From positions 1-30,424 of the IMG/VR virus record IMGVR_UViG_3300020045_005324: a DNA stretch of 30,424 nucleotides; one strand, 5' to 3'. This stretch comes from a virus. Its lineage: Duplodnaviria; Caudoviricetes. Numbering within the stretch: the stretch's first letter is position 1; each line of letters starts with the position of its first letter. The notes under the pieces were generated by a model. That model made no database searches, was not told the DNA's origin, and worked only from the letters and a program-made list of their open reading frames with translations. Positions 9,430 to 17,196 of this stretch are shown here, in pieces. The translations under genes and the position numbers were made by a program.

Positions 9430-9662
9430 AAGATTGGAAAACAACATTAGCAGGATTGCTTACTGGATTGCCATTTGCAATTGATTCACTTATTCAGGCT
9501 TATACGGCCGGGTATTTTACAGATAAAACGGGATGGACTTTGTTTGGTTCGTTGGCTTGGATTCTAGTAACCGCATTGGTTAAGGATTCGAAGAAAATTG
9601 AACCTAAAAACATCACAGCATCAGATAACGAATTAATTGGCGATAGACCAAATGACCGTTAA
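9426..9662 (+). CDS. Holin-like membrane protein
   Basis: MKDWKTT..G start, two hydrophobic segments ending in KD; lysis region. Confidence 0.55.
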   Translation: MKDWKTTLAGLLTGLPFAIDSLIQAYTAGYFTDKTGWTLFGSLAWILVTALVKDSKKIEPKNITASDNELIGDRPNDR

Positions 9663-9951
9663 TAAATTATTATGGGTAGCTACGATTATTTCGCTAGCTA
9701 CCTTTCAATTATGGCATTATTTACCAAAAGGCAGTTTCTACATTGGTATAGCTGTATTTTTTATGATAATTTCAACGGTTATTTTCATACAAAATAGCAA
9801 ATTATTCATTTCTTTTTTCTTACTTTGTATAGCGGCTAATAATTTGTTAGACGAATTATTTTTTGAACCGACAATTTACGGGCTAAATGAAATTTTATTT
9901 ACTCTAATTATACCTATTTTGTATTATGCCAGAAAGATTTGCAAACAATGA
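9652..9951 (+). CDS. Multi-pass membrane protein
   Basis: About four hydrophobic segments; ATG 9652 preferred over TTG 9637. Confidence 0.55.
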   Translation: MTVNKLLWVATIISLATFQLWHYLPKGSFYIGIAVFFMIISTVIFIQNSKLFISFFLLCIAANNLLDELFFEPTIYGLNEILFTLIIPILYYARKICKQ

Positions 9952-10279
9952 ATTTTATATTTTTTTAACGAAAATTATCTTTCCCGCTTTTTTGGCTGTA
10001 GGTGTAAAAATAGCAATCGAAATGAAAAAAAATAAAACTAAAATAACATTTTTCAACGTGTTTGCTTCAATGCTTATAGGGGTAACTGGGGCTTATTTAT
10101 CAAGTGATTTAGTAATGAAAAATTGTTCGCCTGAAAATGTACCTATAATTATTGCGTTAGTAGCTATAACATCAGAAAAAATAGGGGATTTTATTATTTA
10201 CAAATTGAATGTTGATTTATTTTTAATGGCAATTATTGACGGATTTTTTGATACAATTTTAAAAATTAGAAGAAAATGA
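9926..10279 (+). CDS. Putative holin
   Basis: About three TM segments, basic C-terminus, coupled to the endolysin. Confidence 0.6.
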   Translation: MPERFANNEFYIFLTKIIFPAFLAVGVKIAIEMKKNKTKITFFNVFASMLIGVTGAYLSSDLVMKNCSPENVPIIIALVAITSEKIGDFIIYKLNVDLFLMAIIDGFFDTILKIRRK

Positions 10280-10713
10280 TACTAGACGAAAAAGGATATG
10301 CAGCACTTCATAACCGAGAGGGATTGAAGTTAAAGCCTTATTTAGATACTAAAGGAGTTCCAACTATTGCAATGGGTAATACTTACTACGCTAACGGCAA
10401 AAAAGTAACTATGCAGGACAAGCCATTAACTTTAATTGAGGCTAAGAATCTATCTAAAATAACAGCAGATAGTTTTGCGCTTAATGTTAGTAGATTGGTT
10501 AAATCAAAACTAAATCAAAATCAATTTAATGCTTTAGTTTCGATTGCCTATAATATTGGAATTAATGGATTTTCAAATAGTACCATTTTAAGACTTGTAA
10601 ATGAAAATCCAAGCAATCACAACATAGCGGCTGCAATTATGATGTGGGTAAAAGATATAGAGCTATTAGGCAGAAGATGTAGCGAAGTAATGCAATATTT
10701 CGGTAAACTTTAA
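10276..10713 (+). CDS. Endolysin, GH24 phage lysozyme
   Basis: EG.KLKPYLD..GVPTI (E-8x-D-5x-T triad), LNQNQFNALVS..YNIG, L.RR..E. Confidence 0.92.
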   Translation: MILDEKGYAALHNREGLKLKPYLDTKGVPTIAMGNTYYANGKKVTMQDKPLTLIEAKNLSKITADSFALNVSRLVKSKLNQNQFNALVSIAYNIGINGFSNSTILRLVNENPSNHNIAAAIMMWVKDIELLGRRCSEVMQYFGKL

Positions 10714-10717
10714 TTTT

Positions 10718-10789
10718 ATGATCCGAAAACACACTCTTGAAACTTCTATAATTTTAGCGATATTAATAATTATTTATATTGTTTCTTAA
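10718..10789 (+). CDS. Possible 23-aa hydrophobic peptide
   Basis: MIRKHTLETSIILAILIIIYIVS starts 4 nt after the endolysin stop. Confidence 0.35.
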   Translation: MIRKHTLETSIILAILIIIYIVS

Positions 10790-10876
10790 TAAAATAAGTT
10801 GTATGTTTACAGTCACGAAGAAATTAACTAAAACATTAGAACTTATGAAGTAGCTATCTTTAAATTCAGAAAAACT

Positions 10877-10906
10877 AAACCCGATACTTTTTGTATAGGG
10901 TTTTTT
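10877..10906 (+). terminator. Intrinsic terminator
   Basis: AAACCCGATAC / GTATAGGGTTT imperfect stem followed by a T-run. Confidence 0.55.
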
Positions 10907-10924
10907 ATTATCTTTGAAATAAAA

Positions 10925-11314
10925 ATGAAAAACTTATTAATATTCCTATCGCTATTCCTGATTAGCTGCGGAGGAACACGAAATACTGACACGCAACAGC
11001 TCGAAAACATTGTTATTAAGAATGAATATAAACAAGGTGAAAAGATAGTATTGGGAAATTCTTTTATTTACCGTCCTTTTGACAATTCAAAGCCAATGAT
11101 TTTAGGCGGAAAGAAGTTTGAAAATGCGATTATTTCAAATGATAAAAGTACGGTTATTGAAAAGTGGAAAACTAGAGATATTTTAAAAACGATTACAATT
11201 GAAAAAATAAAGAAAACTAAAAAAACCGATAATACATTACTATACATCGGTTTATTTTTGGTTTTAATTATTGGTGTGCTGGCTTGGTTTAAGTTGCCTA
11301 GTTTTAGGGTTTAG
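10925..11314 (+). CDS. Lipoprotein with C-terminal TM helix, putative unimolecular spanin
   Basis: Lipobox LISC; C-terminal TM LLYIGLFLVLIIGVLAW; downstream of endolysin; TATCTTTG promoter motif at 10909-10916. Confidence 0.7.
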   Translation: MKNLLIFLSLFLISCGGTRNTDTQQLENIVIKNEYKQGEKIVLGNSFIYRPFDNSKPMILGGKKFENAIISNDKSTVIEKWKTRDILKTITIEKIKKTKKTDNTLLYIGLFLVLIIGVLAWFKLPSFRV

Positions 11315-11795
11315 TGATTAATAATAATGTCTTTACAGCTTCAATTCCATTTTTGGTAACACTATAGACCTGACTATTGAATCTTTTGTAATTCTCCATT
11401 AATCCAAGCGAAACTAATTTTTCACATCTTTCGTGTTTTTCACTGTATGAACTATAATTTCTATAAAATTCATCAGGGCAATAATCTCCTATTCTTACGC
11501 CTAAAGAATGCGTTAAATGATTTATTTCTTTTTCTGATAAATCATTAAGAAGTTCGCTTTTTTCTTGACTGTATAAATCTCTTTCAGGAAACCTTCTAGT
11601 TTTAATATGTTGTTTCAACTCCCAAAAAGTATAAGATTCATCATTTGTACATTTTTCTTTAACAGCTTCTTTTTGATTTTTACCATAGATAACTTCAAAT
11701 TGTTTATCATCCTGCCACATATAATGATTGTATGCATCAATAAAGAAATCTGGAAATATGCATTTGTATGCTTTTAATTCTAAAGTCTTTTTCAT
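11304..11795 (-). CDS. Hypothetical protein (possible winged-helix C-terminus)
   Basis: Coupled to the upstream gene; LVSLGLM...Y.VT..G pattern. Confidence 0.65.
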   Translation of the reverse strand: MKKTLELKAYKCIFPDFFIDAYNHYMWQDDKQFEVIYGKNQKEAVKEKCTNDESYTFWELKQHIKTRRFPERDLYSQEKSELLNDLSEKEINHLTHSLGVRIGDYCPDEFYRNYSSYSEKHERCEKLVSLGLMENYKRFNSQVYSVTKNGIEAVKTLLLITKP

Positions 11796-12241
11796 AATAC
11801 AAATTTAATATAAAATTGCGAATTGTAAACATAATCTTGACCATCGTAAAACTCCGCATCTCCGCGTTTGTCATAAGATCCGAGTAAACCAATACCGAAT
11901 TTATCTGTAAAATGATACTCAATAGCACCTTCAACGGCTAATAACGGATAAGTTGCGGCTCGATTAATAACTCCTAATTTAACACCTGCTTTATAATTCC
12001 ATCGGTTAAACGACACATTGTAGCCTATACCGGATGATGTCTCTAAATAACCGTCCTTTAACGCTGCATAATGAATTTGCGGACGAATATAAATGTGATT
12101 GCTAAATTCTGCTTGAAATTCAATTCCTGCATACAAAATATGCTTTTGAAATATCACGTTATCGGTTACGATTTGAATTGAATAACGGTCTTGTGCGTTT
12201 GATATTACTGTAAAAAGCAATAGTAATAATAGTTTTTTCAT
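11792..12241 (-). CDS. Small outer-membrane beta-barrel protein (moron)
   Basis: Signal peptide SNA|Q, about 8 amphipathic beta-strands, aromatic C-terminal strand FYIKFVL. Confidence 0.7.
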   Translation of the reverse strand: MKKLLLLLLFTVISNAQDRYSIQIVTDNVIFQKHILYAGIEFQAEFSNHIYIRPQIHYAALKDGYLETSSGIGYNVSFNRWNYKAGVKLGVINRAATYPLLAVEGAIEYHFTDKFGIGLLGSYDKRGDAEFYDGQDYVYNSQFYIKFVL

Positions 12242-12243
12242 AA

Positions 12244-12429
12244 TTAAAATGGTATTTTAAATTTTTGTTGTTTCGGAATTAGTTCCTGATATTCTAGTTT
12301 TATTTTTTCACTTATTGCATCACGAATAAATTTACCTACACCTATGTTATATGACTTCATTTTTTGAAGTGTTTTATGTTGCGTTTCTGAAATACGAATA
12401 ACCTTTGTTTTTGTTAGTATTTTAGCCAT
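12244..12429 (-). CDS. RHH/CopG-like small DNA-binding protein
   Basis: KVIRIS strand, two helices, V..FIR.AI.EK; alternative start at 12441. Confidence 0.65.
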   Translation of the reverse strand: MAKILTKTKVIRISETQHKTLQKMKSYNIGVGKFIRDAISEKIKLEYQELIPKQQKFKIPF

Positions 12430-12449
12430 TTTGTAATACATTTTTAGCG

Positions 12450-12473
12450 GTTAGCAAGTAGTTATCAGCAACC
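12450..12473 (+). mobile_element. attI-like recombination site (array boundary)
   Basis: GTTATCAGCA core (12461-12470) with no hairpin to its left; second GTTAGC at 12450. Confidence 0.4.
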
Positions 12474-12483
12474 GTTGGAGTCA

Positions 12484-12693
12484 CTAAGCATTATGTTCAA
12501 TTTTATTTGTTAAAATCTCGGCATAACCCCCTCTTGGAGACCAAACTGTATTCCCTTTTTTTTCAAGCATAAATGTTTCTGTAAAATGTCCGAAAACTAC
12601 ATTTTCCATTTCCACAACCGCGCCAAATTCAGTTATTACGGTTTCTGCATTTTTAAAATATTCCCTTACTTCTTTCAATGTTGGTGATCCCAT
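12484..12693 (-). CDS. Hypothetical protein, cassette 1 cargo
   Basis: Single ORF bracketed by GTTATCAGCA ... TGCTGATAAC. Confidence 0.7.
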   Translation of the reverse strand: MGSPTLKEVREYFKNAETVITEFGAVVEMENVVFGHFTETFMLEKKGNTVWSPRGGYAEILTNKIEHNA

Positions 12694-12736
12694 TTTATTT
12701 ATAATTTAAATTGTTAAAAAATCGTGTTTAGTGGTA

Positions 12737-12871
12737 TGCTGATAACAGCGGTTTTGAGCTATTGCCGTATTAGGCTTTGGTTATTATTGTTTTGTGTTTA
12801 TCGTATTGCCGCCGTCGGTAAAACGTTCTTGTACTTTCTCGGCAACATCACAAAGCCGCGAGACGTCATGC
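12737..12871 (+). repeat. attC-like imperfect palindrome 1
   Basis: TGCTGATAAC; GCGGTTTTG/CAAAGCCGC; TTGCCG/CGGCAA; GTCATGC. Confidence 0.7.
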
Positions 12872-12877
12872 CTAATA

Positions 12878-13045
12878 CTACGATTGCAAATCAGATTGAA
12901 GTAATTTTATCTTATCGTTTATTAAATTACCTTGTTTTTGCATAAAATCTTTTGTATAAAAATCTGAATATTTTTCAAATTCTTCTGATTGCTCTTTCTG
13001 CACACGTATAAGCCTTTCTATTTTTAATTTTATTTTATTTTCCAT
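12878..13045 (-). CDS. Hypothetical coiled-coil protein, cassette 2 cargo (55 aa, MENKIK...)
   Basis: ATG 13045 after an A-rich leader; the longer track ORF runs through the palindrome. Confidence 0.65.
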   Translation of the reverse strand: MENKIKLKIERLIRVQKEQSEEFEKYSDFYTKDFMQKQGNLINDKIKLLQSDLQS

Positions 13046-13080
13046 TTTTTTATCGTTAATATTTACTTTTGCCGTACTAG

Positions 13081-13157
13081 GCATAACAACAGCTACAAGC
13101 CAGCAGCCAAAATCTCGCTTATACATAGGCTGCCGTCGTGTAGCAACTCCGTTATGC
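13081..13157 (+). repeat. attC-like imperfect palindrome 2
   Basis: GCATAAC; GCTACA/TGTAGC; GCAGCC/GGCTGC; GTTATGC. Confidence 0.7.
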
Positions 13158-13173
13158 GTCAGCTTCGAGCAAC

Positions 13174-13719
13174 TTATTTAATTTTTACCCTAACCTCATA
13201 CCCGTCACCTACTATTTTATAACTTCTAATATTTAATTCTTTTGCAACTTCTATACTCCATTCAATTGATCCGTGAACATCGTTATTCATTCGATGCGAC
13301 ATAGTAGATTGTCTTACTTTTGTTTTTTCGCAATACTCTTTTTGAGTAATTTTTGCTTTTTCTAATACTGTTTTTATTGGATTGTCATAAAGATTTTCAC
13401 TAAAAACACGCTCTTTTTTATATGCGCAATCAACTCTACTTGGTATTGCTGAATTAAATAAAATGTGATTTTCATTATAAAATAAAATGTGAAATCTTTC
13501 TCTTTCAAAAGCTATTTGTGGCAAACATTTTTCTAATATTTCAAAAATATGATTGTCAAAACCATATTTTTTTATCGATATAGAAAGATTTTTATTAGAA
13601 GATATGCACTTTTTATGGTTTTCAAATCTTTTTTCAATATCAAAACTTTTACCAATATATATTTCTCCTATTGGATTTGTGATTTTATAAACTCCACAAA
13701 CTTTATTAAATTTACTCAT
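13174..13719 (-). CDS. GIY-YIG endonuclease domain fused to an XRE-like HTH
   Basis: GVYKITN...IYIGKS..I.KR..H...E.E...N; C-terminal LEKAKITQKEYCEKTKVRQSTMSHRMN. Confidence 0.8.
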   Translation of the reverse strand: MSKFNKVCGVYKITNPIGEIYIGKSFDIEKRFENHKKCISSNKNLSISIKKYGFDNHIFEILEKCLPQIAFERERFHILFYNENHILFNSAIPSRVDCAYKKERVFSENLYDNPIKTVLEKAKITQKEYCEKTKVRQSTMSHRMNNDVHGSIEWSIEVAKELNIRSYKIVGDGYEVRVKIK

Positions 13720-13838
13720 ATTTTTTTTGGTTTTAATTTCTTAATATATTCTCTAACTTCTAAAATTCTACACGGATGACACATTATATTGTATCTTTTT
13801 CTACCTGTAGCTGGCCTGCCTTTTGCTTTTTTGTTCAT
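13716..13838 (-). CDS. Small basic DNA-binding peptide (40 aa, MNKKAKGRPATGRKRY...)
   Basis: Read by eye; first ORF after the leftward promoter; ATGA-coupled to the GIY-YIG gene. Confidence 0.6.
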   Translation of the reverse strand: MNKKAKGRPATGRKRYNIMCHPCRILEVREYIKKLKPKKI

Positions 13839-13858
13839 TTGTTTTAGTTTTACAAAAG

Positions 13859-13961
13859 CAAAGATAGTTAATTATGTAATATAAAACACAAACGTGTGTA
13901 ATTTAGAATTAATATAAATTAGTATAGTGTGTAATTTGTATTGTTTTTTATATTACTTTTA
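13859..13961. promoter_or_regulatory. Divergent promoter region with operator-like repeats
   Basis: Minus-strand TATCTTTG (13859-13866); plus-strand TACTTTTA (13954-13961); GTGTGTAATTT at 13894 and 13927; 19-bp near-palindrome at 13901. Confidence 0.65.
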
Positions 13962-13990
13962 CACCATAGAAATTTAAAACAAAAACAACT

Positions 13991-14401
13991 ATGAGACCAA
14001 TCGCAATGAAATGCACACAGGAACAATTTGATAGCATCAAGGATAAAATAGAAGCTTCAAATATAGAGAGCTTTGTAAAATATCCTTATGTATGTAATTT
14101 TTATTATAATAAAAAAGAACTTGTTACAAATACTGGAATTCCTTATAAACTAATGGAAAAACACGAGGTATACGAAACATTCGACGCAAACATATTTTTA
14201 CAAGCGTGTGATATTGAAGCAGAGAAAGTTTGGAAGGGAAGTGAATTGCAAATAGATTGGGGCAACGGATGGTTAGATTGTAGAGACGATGTTGAATACC
14301 GGCTTAAACCAAAACCAAACTATCAAAAAGAAATCGAAGCTTTGCAACAAAAAGCTAAAGAAAACGGAATGAACGTAATAATTAATTTTGAAAAGATATG
14401 A
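13991..14401 (+). CDS. Hypothetical early protein
   Basis: First ORF of the rightward operon; EYRLKP motif. Confidence 0.7.
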   Translation: MRPIAMKCTQEQFDSIKDKIEASNIESFVKYPYVCNFYYNKKELVTNTGIPYKLMEKHEVYETFDANIFLQACDIEAEKVWKGSELQIDWGNGWLDCRDDVEYRLKPKPNYQKEIEALQQKAKENGMNVIINFEKI

Positions 14402-14511
14402 GTAATACAGAAAGATTTTACGCTTGGATGCGTGACACTATAAAAAATAAATACGTAAATGTTCCGGAATTAATGATACCGACATTAAGAAAAATAGCTT
14501 TAAATAAATAG
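14398..14511 (+). CDS. Small hypothetical protein (37 aa, MSNTERFYAWM...)
   Basis: Read by eye; ATGA coupling; fills the gap between genes. Confidence 0.55.
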   Translation: MSNTERFYAWMRDTIKNKYVNVPELMIPTLRKIALNK

Positions 14512-14516
14512 AAATT

Positions 14517-14768
14517 ATGAAAACAATATACAACACTTACGTAGCGATGGAATCGCAGGAACAATGCGATAGAATGAAACAATTATGTATTGATAATGGA
14601 TTGCCGATTTGGAATAATAGTACGGCTTTTGTTTTTTGCATTGAACAAAATGTGTTTATGATGACTTCAAAAGAATTTTTTATTTGTATAATTACAGATA
14701 AAGAAAAAAAGGAATATTTAAAAATAACCGAATCAGAATTTATCGAACTTTTAAAAACTACAAAATGA
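14517..14768 (+). CDS. Hypothetical protein
   Basis: Operon packing. Confidence 0.7.
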   Translation: MKTIYNTYVAMESQEQCDRMKQLCIDNGLPIWNNSTAFVFCIEQNVFMMTSKEFFICIITDKEKKEYLKITESEFIELLKTTK

Positions 14769-14980
14769 ATCCAGACGACTACATCCAAGGAACATTCAGA
14801 AATGACAATCCAACAAACATCGAAGAAATAGAATGCGAGCCACAAACAGAACTTGAAGCACAACAAGAATGGAATCAAGAACTGCTATCTAAAATAAACA
14901 AAACAAAAGCAATTATTTTAGAATTTGAAACATCTCCAAATATGGTATTAATACAATTAAAAAAACTTTATAAATTATGA
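14765..14980 (+). CDS. Hypothetical protein
   Basis: ATGA coupling. Confidence 0.65.
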   Translation: MNPDDYIQGTFRNDNPTNIEEIECEPQTELEAQQEWNQELLSKINKTKAIILEFETSPNMVLIQLKKLYKL

Positions 14981-15159
14981 TTCTGCTAGCCACGTTAATA
15001 CTTTCAATATTCCTGTTTTTAGCCTTAATTGCGCTATATATTTCCTTTGAAATAGGAATGGAACTCAACGAAGAAAACGAAGCGTTACACGAATGTTTAG
15101 AGGAGTTGGAAAAAGAAATAAAATATTACATCAATGAAAACAATAAGTCAAATAGCTAA
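14977..15159 (+). CDS. Membrane-anchored coiled-coil protein
   Basis: N-terminal TM segment, acidic helix. Confidence 0.6.
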   Translation: MILLATLILSIFLFLALIALYISFEIGMELNEENEALHECLEELEKEIKYYINENNKSNS

Positions 15160-15403
15160 AGAGGCAGGGGTAACTTATAGAGATGTTTATTCTATAATTA
15201 TTGCAAATAGAATAACCCCGGTAAGTTATAAGGAGCATGAAAGATATAGATTATACGCTCAAATACAAATAGATTTAATTCATAAAGTACTATATTTTGA
15301 ACGTAAATGTAATGTAGTTATTTTAGAAAGCTCAATGAATAAAAAAGAAGCACCGGATTACGACTCATTTAGAAAATTTAAAAAAGAAACTTATACAAGA
15401 TGA
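15134..15403 (+). CDS. HTH DNA-binding protein
   Basis: TISQIAKEAGVTYRDV at the N-terminus. Confidence 0.65.
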   Translation: MKTISQIAKEAGVTYRDVYSIIIANRITPVSYKEHERYRLYAQIQIDLIHKVLYFERKCNVVILESSMNKKEAPDYDSFRKFKKETYTR

Positions 15404-16236
15404 AAAAAGCACAAATATTTAATAATCATTTTCAGAATTTTAAAACTTATGCAATTCCAAAAGCGCAATTAATTATTGCCGATATTCCTTATAATCTTGG
15501 AAATAATGCATATGCTTCTAATCCTGCATGGTACAAAGACGGAGATAATTCAAACGGAGAAAGCGCATTGGCTGGAAAAAGTTTTTTTGATACGGACGAA
15601 GATTTTAGGCCTGCTGAATTTATGCACTTTTGCTCAACTATGCTTAAACCTGAAAAGAAAACGGTAAAAGTTGAAGGTGAAGCAAGGCAAAAAGGAGACA
15701 GCCCTTGTATGATTGTATTTTGCGCATTTGACCAACAAATGGATTTGATACAATTAGCAAAAAGATACGGTCTTAACAACTACATAAATTTAGTTTTTCG
15801 TAAAAACTTTTCTGCACAAGTTTTAAAAGCAAATATGAAAGTTGTAGGAAATTGTGAATATGCGCTTATATTTTATCGTGAAAAATTACCAAAGTTCAGA
15901 AATAAAGGCAAAATGATTTTTAATTGTATGGATTGGCCTAGAGATAATGAAAGTGAAAAAATTCACCCAACACAAAAGCCTGTACAGTTATTAAAAAGAT
16001 TAATCGAAATTTTTACAGACGAGGGCGATGTAGTTATTGATCCTTGTTGCGGAAGTGGTTCGACATTAATTGCTGCACAAGAATTAAAAAGAAAGGGTTT
16101 TGGATTTGAAATAAAAAAACCGTTTCATAAAGCTGCTGAAAATTGGATAAATGAGGAATATCAAAAATTAAGTGATATTGAAGAATTTGGATTTGCAAAA
16201 ACATTAATTAATAAAACACATTCAACACTATTTTAA
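15400..16236 (+). CDS. DNA methyltransferase (N6-A/N4-C, beta class)
   Basis: DIPY catalytic motif precedes HPTQKP and DPCCGSGST SAM-binding motif. Confidence 0.9.
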   Translation: MKKAQIFNNHFQNFKTYAIPKAQLIIADIPYNLGNNAYASNPAWYKDGDNSNGESALAGKSFFDTDEDFRPAEFMHFCSTMLKPEKKTVKVEGEARQKGDSPCMIVFCAFDQQMDLIQLAKRYGLNNYINLVFRKNFSAQVLKANMKVVGNCEYALIFYREKLPKFRNKGKMIFNCMDWPRDNESEKIHPTQKPVQLLKRLIEIFTDEGDVVIDPCCGSGSTLIAAQELKRKGFGFEIKKPFHKAAENWINEEYQKLSDIEEFGFAKTLINKTHSTLF

Positions 16237-16237
16237 G

Positions 16238-16486
16238 ATGAACAAAAAGCAAAAAATAAACATGCATAAATTCTATGCGATAATGTCACTTTTACAGGAT
16301 AATTTAGACGATCTAAAAGTAACAACACCACGAATGCAATTCTTAAAAGACAATCTTAGCGAGTTTTGCGAAATACTGAACAATGAATGTGCTAATACGT
16401 ACACAATTCAAAAGACTACTTATTTTGTTGAAATGACAAATAAAATTGATACGATTGTTAGAAAATATTTTAATCCAGAGATGTAA
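16238..16486 (+). CDS. Hypothetical protein
   Basis: Operon packing. Confidence 0.7.
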   Translation: MNKKQKINMHKFYAIMSLLQDNLDDLKVTTPRMQFLKDNLSEFCEILNNECANTYTIQKTTYFVEMTNKIDTIVRKYFNPEM

Positions 16487-16536
16487 TTTAATTTAATTCT
16501 AAATACTTTTATCACTACATTTACAAAACGTTAAAC

Positions 16537-16618
16537 GGATTTGGTCAGAAATCCTAAACTAAAAAATCATTGATTCCCTTCTGACCTTACGACTGACCTC
16601 GTATGTTGTTGGAAGGGA
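16537..16618 (+). ncRNA. Structured 5' leader, kissing-loop copy A
   Basis: GGATTT[GGTCAG]AAATCC and TCCCTTC..TACGA[CTGACC]TCGTA..GAAGGGA; TACATTTA promoter-like motif at 16516. Confidence 0.7.
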
Positions 16619-16637
16619 TTTTTAAATTTTAGGAATT

Positions 16638-17171
16638 ATGAAGGAAACAGAAATTGACAGTATGAAATATCGAAAATCTACGCATTTAGCGGGTATCGAT
16701 GTTGATGCAATTGTTACTGATAAAGGCAATTGTATTTTAACGATTAAAGAAGCGTATTACGATACAAATGTTGATGTATCAGGAAACAAAACAAATGGTT
16801 ATTTTATAGAATTTGTAGAAGATGTTAAGCCAATGGTGGCTAATTCTGGAAATCGTAAAATAATAAACGACATCGTAAAAGAAAAACTTGGATGCACTGC
16901 TGCAGAAAGTAGAATGTTACCAAATTGGAAAGGGTTACAAATTGACTTATATTTTGATCCAAGCATTAAAATGATGGGTAAGGTTACTGGAGGAATTAAA
17001 GTTAAGCCAGTTGTTAAAATGGTTATTAGTGACGTGAACGCATTAGCTATTTTAAATGCTTCAGCTACTATTGCGGAACTTCAAACTAATTGGGGTAAAT
17101 TAAACGCAAATGAAAAGAATTTACCAACTGCAATGGCTTTAAAAGAAAAACTTAAAACTGATTTAAAATAG
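16638..17171 (+). CDS. Putative ssDNA-annealing/recombination protein
   Basis: Positional inference (upstream of exonuclease and SSB-like gene); helical C-terminal EL...W..L tail. Confidence 0.5.
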   Translation: MKETEIDSMKYRKSTHLAGIDVDAIVTDKGNCILTIKEAYYDTNVDVSGNKTNGYFIEFVEDVKPMVANSGNRKIINDIVKEKLGCTAAESRMLPNWKGLQIDLYFDPSIKMMGKVTGGIKVKPVVKMVISDVNALAILNASATIAELQTNWGKLNANEKNLPTAMALKEKLKTDLK

Positions 17172-17196
17172 AAATAATATTCGTATATTTACTGTA

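Noticed and set aside
10800-10906. Fourth kissing-loop leader or small RNA between endolysin and spanin
   Set aside because: Only a terminator-like hairpin is evident; no complementary loop pair found
12724-12945. Plus-strand 73-aa ORF, and the 5' extension of ORF 12878..13126
   Set aside because: Both run through the GC-rich palindromes and look like chance open frames
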